The notes beneath the pieces are model-generated. The model worked only from the letters and a program-made list of their open reading frames with translations, was not told where the DNA came from and did not search any database. The position numbers and the translations under genes are program-made. From the IMG/VR virus record IMGVR_UViG_3300019124_000103, positions 1 through 64,000 of that record: a stretch of DNA of 64,000 bases; one strand, written 5' to 3'. The DNA is from a virus. Below are positions 52,751-61,450 of the stretch, in pieces. The stretch's first letter is position 1, and the number at the start of each line of letters is the position of its first letter.

Positions 52751-53087
52751 CGCACTGCGCTATGGCGATCCGCTTCAGTAGCGGGTCTTCGATGTTGTTC
52801 AGCCGTCGCGCGATTTCCATGATCTCGGGCGGCAGTGCTGGCGCGCCGTCAACCTCAAGCGGCTGATCCATCCAGCCGACAGGCTTTTGCATCTTGGCTT
52901 CCAGCTTGGTAGCCAACTCGTCGCCTACATTCCGGCGCCCTTTGGACATCGCGATCAGATGCGTGTCCACCGTATTGCATAGGGCGGCGAGCTTCTGCGG
53001 CCCGCCCGCTTCAGCAAGAAGCATCTTTAGCCGCTCGCGCCTCCACGCGCGATAGGGCCTCTCGTCCCGTTCTCCATCCTCCGTCAT
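52638..53087 (-). CDS. cI: Phage repressor B (HTH, no S24 peptidase domain)
   Basis: RRERLKMLL...RNVGDELATKLE...GWMD repressor N-domain; C-terminus homologous to repressor A. Confidence 0.85.
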   Translation of the reverse strand: MTEDGERDERPYRAWRRERLKMLLAEAGGPQKLAALCNTVDTHLIAMSKGRRNVGDELATKLEAKMQKPVGWMDQPLEVDGAPALPPEIMEIARRLNNIEDPLLKRIAIAQCASVAFEIEDEHRLRTVEQEEAPEPLPPATPTKTAKHR

Positions 53088-53097
53088 GCCGGCAAGC

Positions 53098-53162
53098 CTA
53101 CGCGACTTGCATAAGGGCAGACTATGCGTTATGCTCAGTCCAGCACTGCGCAACTTGCATAG
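53098..53162. promoter_or_regulatory. oR1-3 operators of unit B
   Basis: Three 17-mers at 53098, 53122, 53146 (exact 24-bp period) matching the oL motif. Confidence 0.8.
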
Positions 53163-53167
53163 TCCAA

Positions 53168-53527
53168 ATGGAACTTCGAGCATACCTAGACACCCTTCCT
53201 CGTGGAGGCGTGGCCGAGTTCGCGGGCAAGTGCGGCATTTCTGAGGTTTACCTGCACCAGCTTGCTGCCCGCCAGGGCCGGAGACAGGCGAGCCCTGCGC
53301 TCGCGGTAGTTATCGAGCGGGAGAGCGGCGGAATGGTCAAGCGCGCGGATCTGCGGCCTGACGACTACAGCCAGATTTGGCCCGACCTCAAGAAGCCCGC
53401 TGCCTCGAAGAAAGCCGACGCCCCCGCGGCCAGCACAGAACCCCGCATCCCTGCGGCCGATCACCACGTCTGGCCGCTCCCCACTGACCGCCGCATCACC
53501 AAGCGTGACGGTCCTTCCAAGGAGTGA
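53168..53527 (+). CDS. cro: Cro/YdaS-like HTH protein B
   Basis: MELRAYL...FAGKCGIS..YL.Q...IERESGG.V...DLRPDD..IWPDL. Confidence 0.85.
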   Translation: MELRAYLDTLPRGGVAEFAGKCGISEVYLHQLAARQGRRQASPALAVVIERESGGMVKRADLRPDDYSQIWPDLKKPAASKKADAPAASTEPRIPAADHHVWPLPTDRRITKRDGPSKE

Positions 53528-53530
53528 GCG

Positions 53531-53956
53531 ATGAAGCTCCCCAGCGAGGATTTCGACGACTCCCGGGCTAGGCGGCTGTACCCGCCGCGAGACGGCATCT
53601 ACCGCCACTGGTTTTGCGACTACCAGCCCATCGTCGAGTCGTTCGGCGATGTGCTCGTGCAAGTTGATGACAACGACTATTCGGGTGATACGCGCGTCCT
53701 TCTGAAGAGTGGCGGGCGCTTCGGCTTCCTCAACTTCGGCTGGGGATCGTGCAGCGGTTGCGATGCGCTTCAGTCGTGCAACAGCTATCGCGCTGTTGAG
53801 GAACTCATCCAGGGGTTGGAGCGCGACATCAAGTGGTTTGACAACCTCCAGGACGCAAAAGACTACATCGCCAGCCCCGACCGCAAATCGTCCTACTACT
53901 GGCACGAGAGCGAATGGAAAAGCTTTGTTGACCAAGTTCTTGCCCTGGAGACCTGA
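53531..53956 (+). CDS. Hypothetical protein inserted after cro
   Basis: AAGGAG RBS; DYSG...GWGSCSGCD motif; absent from unit A. Confidence 0.7.
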   Translation: MKLPSEDFDDSRARRLYPPRDGIYRHWFCDYQPIVESFGDVLVQVDDNDYSGDTRVLLKSGGRFGFLNFGWGSCSGCDALQSCNSYRAVEELIQGLERDIKWFDNLQDAKDYIASPDRKSSYYWHESEWKSFVDQVLALET

Positions 53957-53957
53957 C

Positions 53958-54143
53958 ATGCGTGATCTAGACGCCCTCGACCCTCTGCCGAAGCTCGGTG
54001 CCAAGGTGGAGCCGCTGAACGACAAGCCGCTGACCGAACGCCAGAAGCAAGCACTTCGCACATACGTCTTCGAGCGGTCGCGCTGGTACGACATCGCGCC
54101 GTTGCAAGAAACCTTCGCCCGCCAGTACCCGGCCGGCAAGTAA
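53958..54143 (+). CDS. Hypothetical protein
   Basis: Near-identical to 11445..11636. Confidence 0.7.
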   Translation: MRDLDALDPLPKLGAKVEPLNDKPLTERQKQALRTYVFERSRWYDIAPLQETFARQYPAGK

Positions 54144-54151
54144 CCGTCAAC

Positions 54152-54294
54152 GCCCGAGCCATGCACCCCCTTCAGCTTTCTGGGCAGTTCACCCGCATGT
54201 GCTCGGGCACCTTTTTCACCACGCGCCGGCAGTCGATGCTGGTCCGTTCCCCCTCCTCCTGCCCTCCCTGCTTCGGGCCGGCTGGGGCGCGTGG
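54152..54294 (+). ncRNA. Candidate structured RNA element upstream of cII-like gene B
   Basis: Same closing stems as 11645..11802. Confidence 0.45.
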
Positions 54295-54332
54295 TTCCTT
54301 CATTCATCACTGACCTACCAGGAGAAGTCCTC

Positions 54333-54704
54333 ATGCGAGACATCGTGACCTCAACTTCGCGTCAACGCGAGGAATGCGCAGAGAAGCCGCGGAAACCGCT
54401 GCACTACATGCACCCCGACGACCTGCGTTATTCAGCGCTTCAGGACTGCATTGCAGAGGCGATTTTGCATTCGCGCTTCACGCAGCAGGCCCTGGCCCGA
54501 CGCATAGGTGTGAGCGAGTCCCATCTGTCGAAGGTCATCAACGGCCAAGCCGGTTTGCACGGCGAGGCGCTGGTGGCGTTCTGCAAAGAGACGCGCTCGG
54601 TTGCCTTGTGGCAGTGGTACTCAATGCGGATATCCGAAGCATTGCAAGCCGAGGGCGTGCAGTTCCCGCCGCTGATGGCGGCTGCTTCCCCTCGTTTGCA
54701 ATGA
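54333..54704 (+). CDS. CII-like HTH regulator B
   Basis: TQQALARRIGVSESHLSKVING HTH; cII position. Confidence 0.65.
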   Translation: MRDIVTSTSRQREECAEKPRKPLHYMHPDDLRYSALQDCIAEAILHSRFTQQALARRIGVSESHLSKVINGQAGLHGEALVAFCKETRSVALWQWYSMRISEALQAEGVQFPPLMAAASPRLQ

Positions 54705-54880
54705 GCCGCACGCCGGGTAGGGAGGAAAGCTGTGATGGAAAACAGAGATTCGACACACAAGCGCTTGCCCGGCGCATGGCTGAACGGCTCAACCGCAAAG
54801 GTGGACGTGTTCACGTTTACCGCTGCGTGCTTTGCGCTGGCTTTCATTTGGGCAGCGTCGGAAAGGTGAGGAAACCATGA
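54701..54880 (+). CDS. Small Zn-finger protein
   Basis: Copy of 12170..12349. Confidence 0.7.
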   Translation: MSRTPGREESCDGKQRFDTQALARRMAERLNRKGGRVHVYRCVLCAGFHLGSVGKVRKP

Positions 54881-55284
54881 GCGTCTGGCGCCCGATCCTC
54901 ACCAACTTGCACGAGCTGGGCCGCCCGGCCCCTCTGCGGGATTGGGACGACTTCCGCTTCTCGGCAACGTCCGTGAAAGCTGCTGTCGAGGATCTGTTGC
55001 GCCTCGGCCTGATCCAGCGTGACGGCTTGATCGGCAAGCACGTGGTCTACCGCATCACGTCGCTGGGCACTCAGTTCTGCCAGGGCCGCGTGATCGCAGT
55101 TCGTGGCCGCAAACACGACCCGCTGTGGAGGAAGTACCTCAACAGCAACCACAAGACCCGCCAGCGTGCCAAGGCGTTCCAGAGCGGGAACCTGAAGACG
55201 CACTTTTGTGCGACGTGGCTGGCTGCGCTGCCCACAACGTATCCACAGCATTTCCCCGCTGTGTTCTCTTCCGCCCTCGCTTAG
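54877..55284 (+). CDS. Winged-helix-like hypothetical protein
   Basis: Identical to 12346..12753. Confidence 0.7.
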   Translation: MSVWRPILTNLHELGRPAPLRDWDDFRFSATSVKAAVEDLLRLGLIQRDGLIGKHVVYRITSLGTQFCQGRVIAVRGRKHDPLWRKYLNSNHKTRQRAKAFQSGNLKTHFCATWLAALPTTYPQHFPAVFSSALA

Positions 55285-55301
55285 GCCGGCTGACCATAGC
55301 C

Positions 55302-55421
55302 ATGTCTAAGCAAGCCCTCTACGTACTCATGAAGAACGAGTTCTTGAATCAGAACCCGAACGCGACGCCGGAACAGATCGAGTCGTTCTGTAAAGAACTG
55401 GCTAAGGAGTTGGGTCTGTGA
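55302..55421 (+). CDS. Small hypothetical protein
   Basis: Copy of 12771..12890. Confidence 0.65.
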   Translation: MSKQALYVLMKNEFLNQNPNATPEQIESFCKELAKELGL

Positions 55422-56179
55422 GGGACTACGGCAAGGTTCATTCCCAGTTTTGGGCCAGCTCCACCATCGCCGCATTGAGCGATGACGGCAAGTTGTTGGC
55501 GCTCTATCTCATGACCTGCCAGCACAACACGATTGCTGGCGTCTTCCGTCTTCCTGATGGCTATGCCGCCGAGGATCTTGGCTGGTCGCCTGAAAGGGTT
55601 CGGGAAGGGTTTGCGGAACTGTCACGGAACGGTTTCGCTAACCGTTGCGAAACGACGAAATGGGTCTGGATCATCAAGCATCTGGACTGGAATCCGCCAG
55701 AGAACCCGAACCAGCGCAAGGCGGCCTTGAAGTGCTCCAGCCAAGTCCCCGAAAACTGTGATTGGAGGGCTCGTTTCCTAGGTGAGGCGACCCAAAAGCT
55801 GATCGACAGCGACTCCGCCGCGGCGAACCCTTCCGCAACCCTTCCGAAACCCTTGCCTAACCAGGAACAGGAACAGGAACAGAAACAGGATAAGAAGGCG
55901 CCTCGGGCTTTGCCCTCCGCACTCACCGTCGATGACCTCAAGGCCGAAGGCGTCAGCGAAGAGGCTGCATACGCCTTCCTGGCGATTCGGAAGCGAAAGA
56001 GGGCGCCGCTGTCCCAGCTCGCATGGGCGGGGATCAAGCGCGAAGCCGGAAAGGCAGGGTGGGGCCTTGATGCCGCTGTGCGGAAGGCAGCCGAGCGTGG
56101 GTGGCAATCCTTCGAGGCCGAGTGGGTTCGCAACGAGCCGCCAACGGACGGCGGCAGCAAGTGGGCGGGGGCGATATGA
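55418..56179 (+). CDS. Replication initiator (O-like) B
   Basis: MRDYGKVHSQFW...LALYLMT; C-terminus near-identical to initiator A. Confidence 0.8.
   Translation: MRDYGKVHSQFWASSTIAALSDDGKLLALYLMTCQHNTIAGVFRLPDGYAAEDLGWSPERVREGFAELSRNGFANRCETTKWVWIIKHLDWNPPENPNQRKAALKCSSQVPENCDWRARFLGEATQKLIDSDSAAANPSATLPKPLPNQEQEQEQKQDKKAPRALPSALTVDDLKAEGVSEEAAYAFLAIRKRKRAPLSQLAWAGIKREAGKAGWGLDAAVRKAAERGWQSFEAEWVRNEPPTDGGSKWAGAI
55826..55862. repeat. Putative origin iterons B (AACCCTT x3)
   Basis: AACCCTTccgcAACCCTTccgaAACCCTT; inverted AAGGGTT pair near 55594-55611. Confidence 0.55.
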
Positions 56180-57458
56180 AGGGCCACGAACCGTTGTTCG
56201 CCATGCGCCTGCAGGGCTGGGCTCCCAAGGACGTTCACATCGACACCAGCCCGTCGAAGCTCTGGCGCGAATGGCAGGTGTGGAGCCCGGATCACGCACA
56301 CCTCGTCGTGGAGCCGTCCGATTCGGTTCGCCTGCTTGACCTTCGCTGCGTTGTCGGCCTGCTGGTCTTCGTCAACGGCAGCAGCCATGAGCGAGTGGCC
56401 GAGGTGATCGAGGCGGCGAAGAAGGCCGGCGCTCGCCGAGTGGTCGGGTTTGTCCATCCCGGACGACTCCCCGAGGAAATCCAGATTCTCGACACCGAAG
56501 GGGCGCTGCAATGAACATCATCACCCCGGACACCATCGATTTCTCGCTGTACCTGCGGGAGACGGAAGCCGCGCAGAAGGTGCGCGCGGCGAGCGATTAC
56601 GTCCAAGACCTGATCGCATCCCTCGGAAAGAAGCGCCAGGAGCCACGCTCATACCTGCCCTGGGACAAGACCCACAAGCTGTTCCAGCTCCGACCAGGAG
56701 AGGTGACCTTGTGGGCGGGCGTCAACGGCCACGGCAAGAGCTTGGTGACGGGCCAGCTAGCAGCAAGCCTCGTGACCCAATCCGAGCGGGTGTGCATCGC
56801 CAGCTTCGAGATGAAGCCGAGGAAGACCCTGGAGCGGATGGTGCGCCAGTGGGGCGGGGATGCCCCTGAGGAGGAATGGGACGGCGCAGACCTGTCGGGT
56901 TACCGGGACGTTTACGAGCAGTTCGGCGCCTGGACGACTGACAAGCTCTGGCTCTATGACCAACAGGGCACGGTCAACACCGACACGGTGATTGCGGTCA
57001 TCCGCTACTGCGCGAAAGAACTCGGCATCAAGCACTTCTTCCTCGATAGCTTGATGAAGTGCGTGAAGGGCGAGGACGACTACAACGGGCAGAAAGCCCT
57101 GGTCGATGAGTTGACCGCCATCGCTCGGGACTACGCGATGCACGTCCATCTGATCCATCACCTGCGGAAGCTGGAGACGGAAGGAAAGATGCCCGACAAG
57201 TCCGACATCAAGGGGACCGGGGCAATCACCGATCAGGTGGACAACGTGATGTTGGTGTGGCGGAACAAGCAGAAAGAGCTTGAGCTTCAAAAGACCAACA
57301 ACAAGGTTCAGGACACGGAGCCCGACGCGGCGCTTCTGTGCCGGAAACAGCGCAACGGCGAGTGGGAAGGGACCGTGCAACTGTGGTTCCACAAGGGCTC
57401 TCAGCAGTTCGTGGAGAGCCCGCACGCCGATTCCATGACCCTCTACAACTGGCCGCAC
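55861..57458. repeat. Near-identical long repeat of ~13608..15205
   Basis: Initiator C-terminus, hypothetical gene and helicase differ by only a few residues. Confidence 0.9.
56176..56514 (+). CDS. Hypothetical protein
   Basis: Copy of 13923..14261. Confidence 0.7.
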   Translation: MKGHEPLFAMRLQGWAPKDVHIDTSPSKLWREWQVWSPDHAHLVVEPSDSVRLLDLRCVVGLLVFVNGSSHERVAEVIEAAKKAGARRVVGFVHPGRLPEEIQILDTEGALQ

Positions 57459-57464
57459 AGGTGA
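56511..57464 (+). CDS. DnaB/T7 gp4-like SF4 helicase
   Basis: Same motifs as 14258..15211. Confidence 0.92.
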   Translation: MNIITPDTIDFSLYLRETEAAQKVRAASDYVQDLIASLGKKRQEPRSYLPWDKTHKLFQLRPGEVTLWAGVNGHGKSLVTGQLAASLVTQSERVCIASFEMKPRKTLERMVRQWGGDAPEEEWDGADLSGYRDVYEQFGAWTTDKLWLYDQQGTVNTDTVIAVIRYCAKELGIKHFFLDSLMKCVKGEDDYNGQKALVDELTAIARDYAMHVHLIHHLRKLETEGKMPDKSDIKGTGAITDQVDNVMLVWRNKQKELELQKTNNKVQDTEPDAALLCRKQRNGEWEGTVQLWFHKGSQQFVESPHADSMTLYNWPHR

Positions 57465-57468
57465 GCGC

Positions 57469-58212
57469 ATGAAGAAATCCGGTCTTTGGGATGCTGTCTT
57501 AGCTGGGGCTGCCCGGCCTGAAGGGATTGGCCAATATGAGTTGCTGGACTTCGGTCTGCGCAAGGTGGCCGATGCGTTCTACCGACTGAAGAGGCTTAAA
57601 AAAATCTTCAAGGTAGGGGTTCGCAAGGACACCCGGGCATTCATCCGCCAAGAGGACGCGGATGCTTATCGGGAGAAGCTGAAGGCCCGCTACCTGGAGC
57701 GCAAGCGCAATTGGGACCGCAACCACCGCAAGCCGTACCAGCGTGTTCCCCGTGTCACCCAAGGGGAGCGCATCCTCGCCGCGGCTTCTCAGCAGGGTGG
57801 ATGTAGCCCGTATGACTTCCCGGACCTGACGGCCGCGCAAGTCCGGGACTCGGCACGTCACCTGGCAGAAGCGGGAAAGCTCTACGTCGCCGGGAATCGA
57901 CAACTGCGCCGCTTCTTCGCTGACCCGGCCGAAGCGATGGTCTACGAGGCGAGCATTCCGAAGCTCAAGAAGGAAAAGAAGCGCGAGAACAACCGCAAGC
58001 GGGCCAAGGTCGTGCGGCAGAAGGTCGCTAAGGCGCCGAAGTCACCAAAACCGCCGAAGCCGCCAGCAGTCCGTGCGGTCCACATCCCGAAGTATGTCGG
58101 CCCGAAGTGGGAAGACGACGCCCCGGCGATCATCCCCGACCACGTCAAGGTGCAGGTGATCCCGAGCCCCCCGGCGTTTGGGTTGGCTGCGAAGTACGGG
58201 ATTCGGACATGA
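57469..58212 (+). CDS. Basic hypothetical protein (two wHTH-like repeats)
   Basis: Lys/Arg-rich; C-terminal IIPDHVKVQVIPS. Confidence 0.7.
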   Translation: MKKSGLWDAVLAGAARPEGIGQYELLDFGLRKVADAFYRLKRLKKIFKVGVRKDTRAFIRQEDADAYREKLKARYLERKRNWDRNHRKPYQRVPRVTQGERILAAASQQGGCSPYDFPDLTAAQVRDSARHLAEAGKLYVAGNRQLRRFFADPAEAMVYEASIPKLKKEKKRENNRKRAKVVRQKVAKAPKSPKPPKPPAVRAVHIPKYVGPKWEDDAPAIIPDHVKVQVIPSPPAFGLAAKYGIRT

Positions 58213-58307
58213 GCCGCTTCATGAAAACCGTCATGTGGTGCCTGTTCGTCTGGGGCGTTCTCGCCTGGGCGGTGATTGAGGCGGTGGAACTCGTGGTGAT
58301 CGCATGA
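58209..58307 (+). CDS. 32-aa hydrophobic peptide
   Basis: Copy of 15731..15829. Confidence 0.6.
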   Translation: MSRFMKTVMWCLFVWGVLAWAVIEAVELVVIA

Positions 58308-58549
58308 CCATTTGCGACGCCTGCCACGAATCAGAGGTTCACGGCCGCCCCATCGCTCCATCCCTGGCCTGTGCTGAGTGCATGTGCAGAAACCTCGCTC
58401 ACAGGTGGGCAGAAGGGAAGGTAGACGCAAAGCACGTAGAGCTGGCGTGCCAGGGGCTGTACGGAGCCAAGTGGGAAGAAGCACACAAGGCGGTGAAGGT
58501 GATGTATCGGCGGATTAAGGAGCGGCATGCGTCGCGCGGCGAGGGTTGA
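58304..58549 (+). CDS. Zn-binding hypothetical protein
   Basis: CDAC...CAEC; ends shared with 15826..16065. Confidence 0.7.
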   Translation: MTICDACHESEVHGRPIAPSLACAECMCRNLAHRWAEGKVDAKHVELACQGLYGAKWEEAHKAVKVMYRRIKERHASRGEG

Positions 58550-58820
58550 CGCCAATCACTCGCTCATCGTCGGAGCGCTGATCCGATGCGGGGCGACGGT
58601 GCAGAGCCTGGCGGCGGTGGGGAGTGGCTGCCCCGATCTTCTGGTTGGCTTCCGTGGGAAGAACTTCGCATTCGAGATCAAGGACGGCTCCAAACCCCCA
58701 GGCGCTCGAAAGCTCACCCCGGATCAAGAGACGTGGCACGCGGCCTGGAAGGGCCAAGTGATCGTAGTGGAGTCGGTAGAGCAGGCGCTCGCCGCAATCG
58801 TGGAGACGAAGGATGAGTGA
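58527..58820 (+). CDS. VRR-NUC-like nuclease / resolvase
   Basis: AARVDANH...GCPDLLVG...EIKDG...LTPDQ. Confidence 0.82.
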   Translation: MRRAARVDANHSLIVGALIRCGATVQSLAAVGSGCPDLLVGFRGKNFAFEIKDGSKPPGARKLTPDQETWHAAWKGQVIVVESVEQALAAIVETKDE

Positions 58821-59139
58821 GATTCAGTTCCCCGAGATTTCCTCCGAAGAACTCCCGATTCAAGGAGGTCCGCTCAAAGGTGCGGCCGGCTGGGGGCCGA
58901 CGATCCAAACCGCGGTTGTCATGCCGGCGCTCGATCGCCAGATCGGAGGCGGGCATTACAAGGACCGCGCCATCCAGCCAATCGAGTACATCCACGCCAA
59001 CGGTTTGCCGTTTATCGAGGGGAGTGTGGTGAAGTACATCACCCGCTGGCGAGACAAAGGCGGGGTGCAAGACCTGGAGAAGATCAAGCACTACGTGGAT
59101 CTGCTGATCGAGCTGGAGCGGCGGAAGGGGAAGGCGTAA
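58813..59139 (+). CDS. DUF3310 (T7 gp1.7-like) protein
   Basis: QIGGGHYK...IQPIEYI...KYITRWRDKGGVQDLEK..HY. Confidence 0.85.
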   Translation: MSEIQFPEISSEELPIQGGPLKGAAGWGPTIQTAVVMPALDRQIGGGHYKDRAIQPIEYIHANGLPFIEGSVVKYITRWRDKGGVQDLEKIKHYVDLLIELERRKGKA

Positions 59140-59564
59140 TGGGCCGCCCCGCGAAGCTGGAGCCCCGGTGGCTGGTTGGGCTGTTGAACCAGTGGGCTCT
59201 GCGGGACGACCGCAACCGCTCGCGGGGGATCGGCTACTACTCGGTGAATCCGATGCTCAAAGACGGCATTCCCGGCCGAGCCAGGAGCTTTGAGCCGACC
59301 GGATTCTGTGAACAGGACTTCACCGACGCCGAGAAAGCCATTGAGGCGCTGGAGCAAAACCACCGATTAGCCGTCGTCCGCTACTTCAAGCCGTGGGCGA
59401 AACACGCCATCGATGGGGAGGTGTCGAGGTCGGATGACACCTGGCTGAGGTGGCTGAAAGAGGCGCTGGCGATCATCGAGGCGGACATGGATCGAAAAAA
59501 AGTGCGCCAAGTGCTTGACACCTACCAGGACGTGCGGTTATTCTGCGCAAATCTGGCAGACTGA
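59139..59564 (+). CDS. Q-like late antiterminator B
   Basis: LLNQWA start, position before late promoter and terminase. Confidence 0.6.
   Translation: MGRPAKLEPRWLVGLLNQWALRDDRNRSRGIGYYSVNPMLKDGIPGRARSFEPTGFCEQDFTDAEKAIEALEQNHRLAVVRYFKPWAKHAIDGEVSRSDDTWLRWLKEALAIIEADMDRKKVRQVLDTYQDVRLFCANLAD
59515..59544 (+). promoter_or_regulatory. Late promoter pR' B
   Basis: TTGACA-18 bp-TATTCT within the 3' end of the Q-like gene. Confidence 0.65.
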
Positions 59565-59580
59565 CCCCTGCCACCTCGAA

Positions 59581-59620
59581 AAAGGCCCCTCGTTCTCACG
59601 GACGCAGGGGCTTTTCTCAT
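59581..59620 (+). terminator. tR'-like terminator B
   Basis: GGCCCCT...AGGGGCTTTTCT. Confidence 0.7.
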
Positions 59621-59642
59621 TTGGGCTCACGCCCAGCCGAAT

Positions 59643-59710
59643 GCCCGGGCCTGATCGCACTGCGTTTCAGACGTACCTTGATCAAGTGGCCGCTTCATGG
59701 CCCGGGCGCC
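59643..59710 (+). ncRNA. Candidate structured RNA in late leader B
   Basis: Identical to 17287..17354. Confidence 0.45.
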
Positions 59711-59763
59711 TATCCGCGCACTAGCGCATCTACGGGCGAACAAGCTCCGCCGCCGGGGGCAAT

Positions 59764-60039
59764 ATGGGACGACCAATCGGAAAACTCCACCAGGAGGACG
59801 TGCGCCGCAAGATCCAGGTGAGTCAACTCCTGAATGTCTTGCAGGATCATGCACTTAGCGGCGAACACGACCTGAGCCCGACGCGCATGAAGGCAATCGA
59901 GATCCTTCTGCGTAAGAGCCTGCCTGATCTGACCGCCATCACGATCAGCGGCGACCCGGACAACCCGCTTGAGGTGGTGGGGTTGAGCAAAGAACAGAGA
60001 GATGCGGCAGTCCGCGCAGCTCAACGCGCCGACTCCTGA
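59764..60039 (+). CDS. terS: Terminase small subunit B
   Basis: HQEDVRRKIQVSQLLN.LQ.HAL...AIEILLRKSLPDL; upstream of terL. Confidence 0.72.
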   Translation: MGRPIGKLHQEDVRRKIQVSQLLNVLQDHALSGEHDLSPTRMKAIEILLRKSLPDLTAITISGDPDNPLEVVGLSKEQRDAAVRAAQRADS

Positions 60040-61450
60040 AGACTTCGCCTTTTCCAGGCTGATCGCCTATGCGGCGTATCAGTGGCCCGGCTACAAAGAC
60101 GCAGCGCATCACAGGCTGATTGCCAGGGCGCTGGAAAGGGTAGAGCGGGGAGAGACGAAGCGGCTGATGATCTTCATGCCGCCACGTCACGGGAAGTCGA
60201 TGCTCTCGAGCGAGTTCTTCCCAGCGTGGTACCTGGGGAGGAACCCGGATCACTACGTGATCGCCTCGACCTACGCGCAGGAGCTGGCTGACGACTTCGG
60301 GCGCAAGGTCAAGCTCCAAATTGCTGACCCGTCTTACTCGGCGATCTTTCCCGGCGTGAAGCTGGCTGACGACAGCCAGAGCGTCAAGCGCTTCCACGTC
60401 GAGGGCGGCCTTGAAGTAGGAACGGCCCAGCGTGGCGCCTACTACGCGGTTGGCGTGGGCGGGCCGTTGACGGGGCGGGGCGCCCACCTGCTGTTGATCG
60501 ATGACCCGGTGAAGAACCGGGAAGAGGCGGACAGCGAGATCGTCCGGCGTCGCATCAAAGACTGGTACACCTCAACGGCCTACACCCGCCTGATGCCTGG
60601 CGCTCGGGTGGTGGTGATTCAGACCCGCTGGCACGAGGACGACCTTTCGGGCTGGCTGCTGAAAGAGCACGCGCACGAAGGCTGGGAGGTGCTGGAGCTT
60701 CCGGCGCTAGACGGTGAGAAGCCGCTATGGCCCGAGCAGTACAGCCGGGAGGCGCTGGAGCGAATTCGGCTCGCGGTTGGTTCGCGTGATTGGTCCGCGC
60801 TGTATCAGCAGAGGCCGACACCAGAGAGCGGCGACTACTTCAAGAAGGAATGGTTCCGCTACTACGAGACGTTGCCGCAGCACGTCACGTACTACGGGGC
60901 GAGTGACTACGCGATCACGGCCAAGGGCGGGGATTACACCGTCCACGGCATTGGGGCGGTTGACAACGCCGGGAACCTCTACATCACTGACTGGTGGCGA
61001 CACCAGACCAGCTCGGACGTGTGGGTCGAGGTGTTCCTCGATCTGGTGAAGAAGTGGAACCCGCTCACCTGGGGCGAAGAACAGGGCCAGATCATCAAGA
61101 GCCTTGACCCGTTCATTCGGCGAAGGATGGATGAGCGGCAGACCTACTGCGCGCGGGAGCAGTTCACCAGCCTCACGGACAAAGCCAGTCGAGCCCAAAG
61201 CATCCGGGCTCGTATGGCAATGGGGAAGGTGTTCTTCCCGAAGAACGCGCCTTGGCTGGCGGATCTGGAATCCGAGCTGCTGACCTTCCCGGTCGGGGCG
61301 AACGATGACCAAGTGGACGTTTTGGGCCTGTTTGGCCGGATGTTGGATCAGTTGATCGGTGCGGAAGCGCCGGAAGTACAGAAACCCCGGGATCGGTGGG
61401 ATCGCGCATTCGGCGATGCCGAAGAGGACGACACATGGCGTACAGCGTAG
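60002..61450 (+). CDS. terL: Terminase large subunit B
   Basis: MPPRHGKS, LIDDPVK, QTRWHEDD, FPVGANDDQVD. Confidence 0.95.
   Translation: MRQSAQLNAPTPEDFAFSRLIAYAAYQWPGYKDAAHHRLIARALERVERGETKRLMIFMPPRHGKSMLSSEFFPAWYLGRNPDHYVIASTYAQELADDFGRKVKLQIADPSYSAIFPGVKLADDSQSVKRFHVEGGLEVGTAQRGAYYAVGVGGPLTGRGAHLLLIDDPVKNREEADSEIVRRRIKDWYTSTAYTRLMPGARVVVIQTRWHEDDLSGWLLKEHAHEGWEVLELPALDGEKPLWPEQYSREALERIRLAVGSRDWSALYQQRPTPESGDYFKKEWFRYYETLPQHVTYYGASDYAITAKGGDYTVHGIGAVDNAGNLYITDWWRHQTSSDVWVEVFLDLVKKWNPLTWGEEQGQIIKSLDPFIRRRMDERQTYCAREQFTSLTDKASRAQSIRARMAMGKVFFPKNAPWLADLESELLTFPVGANDDQVDVLGLFGRMLDQLIGAEAPEVQKPRDRWDRAFGDAEEDDTWRTA

Larger units (their letters stand above)
54701..55433. repeat. Near-identical long repeat of 12170..12902
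   Basis: Direct sequence comparison by eye; identical ORF translations in the track. Confidence 0.9.
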
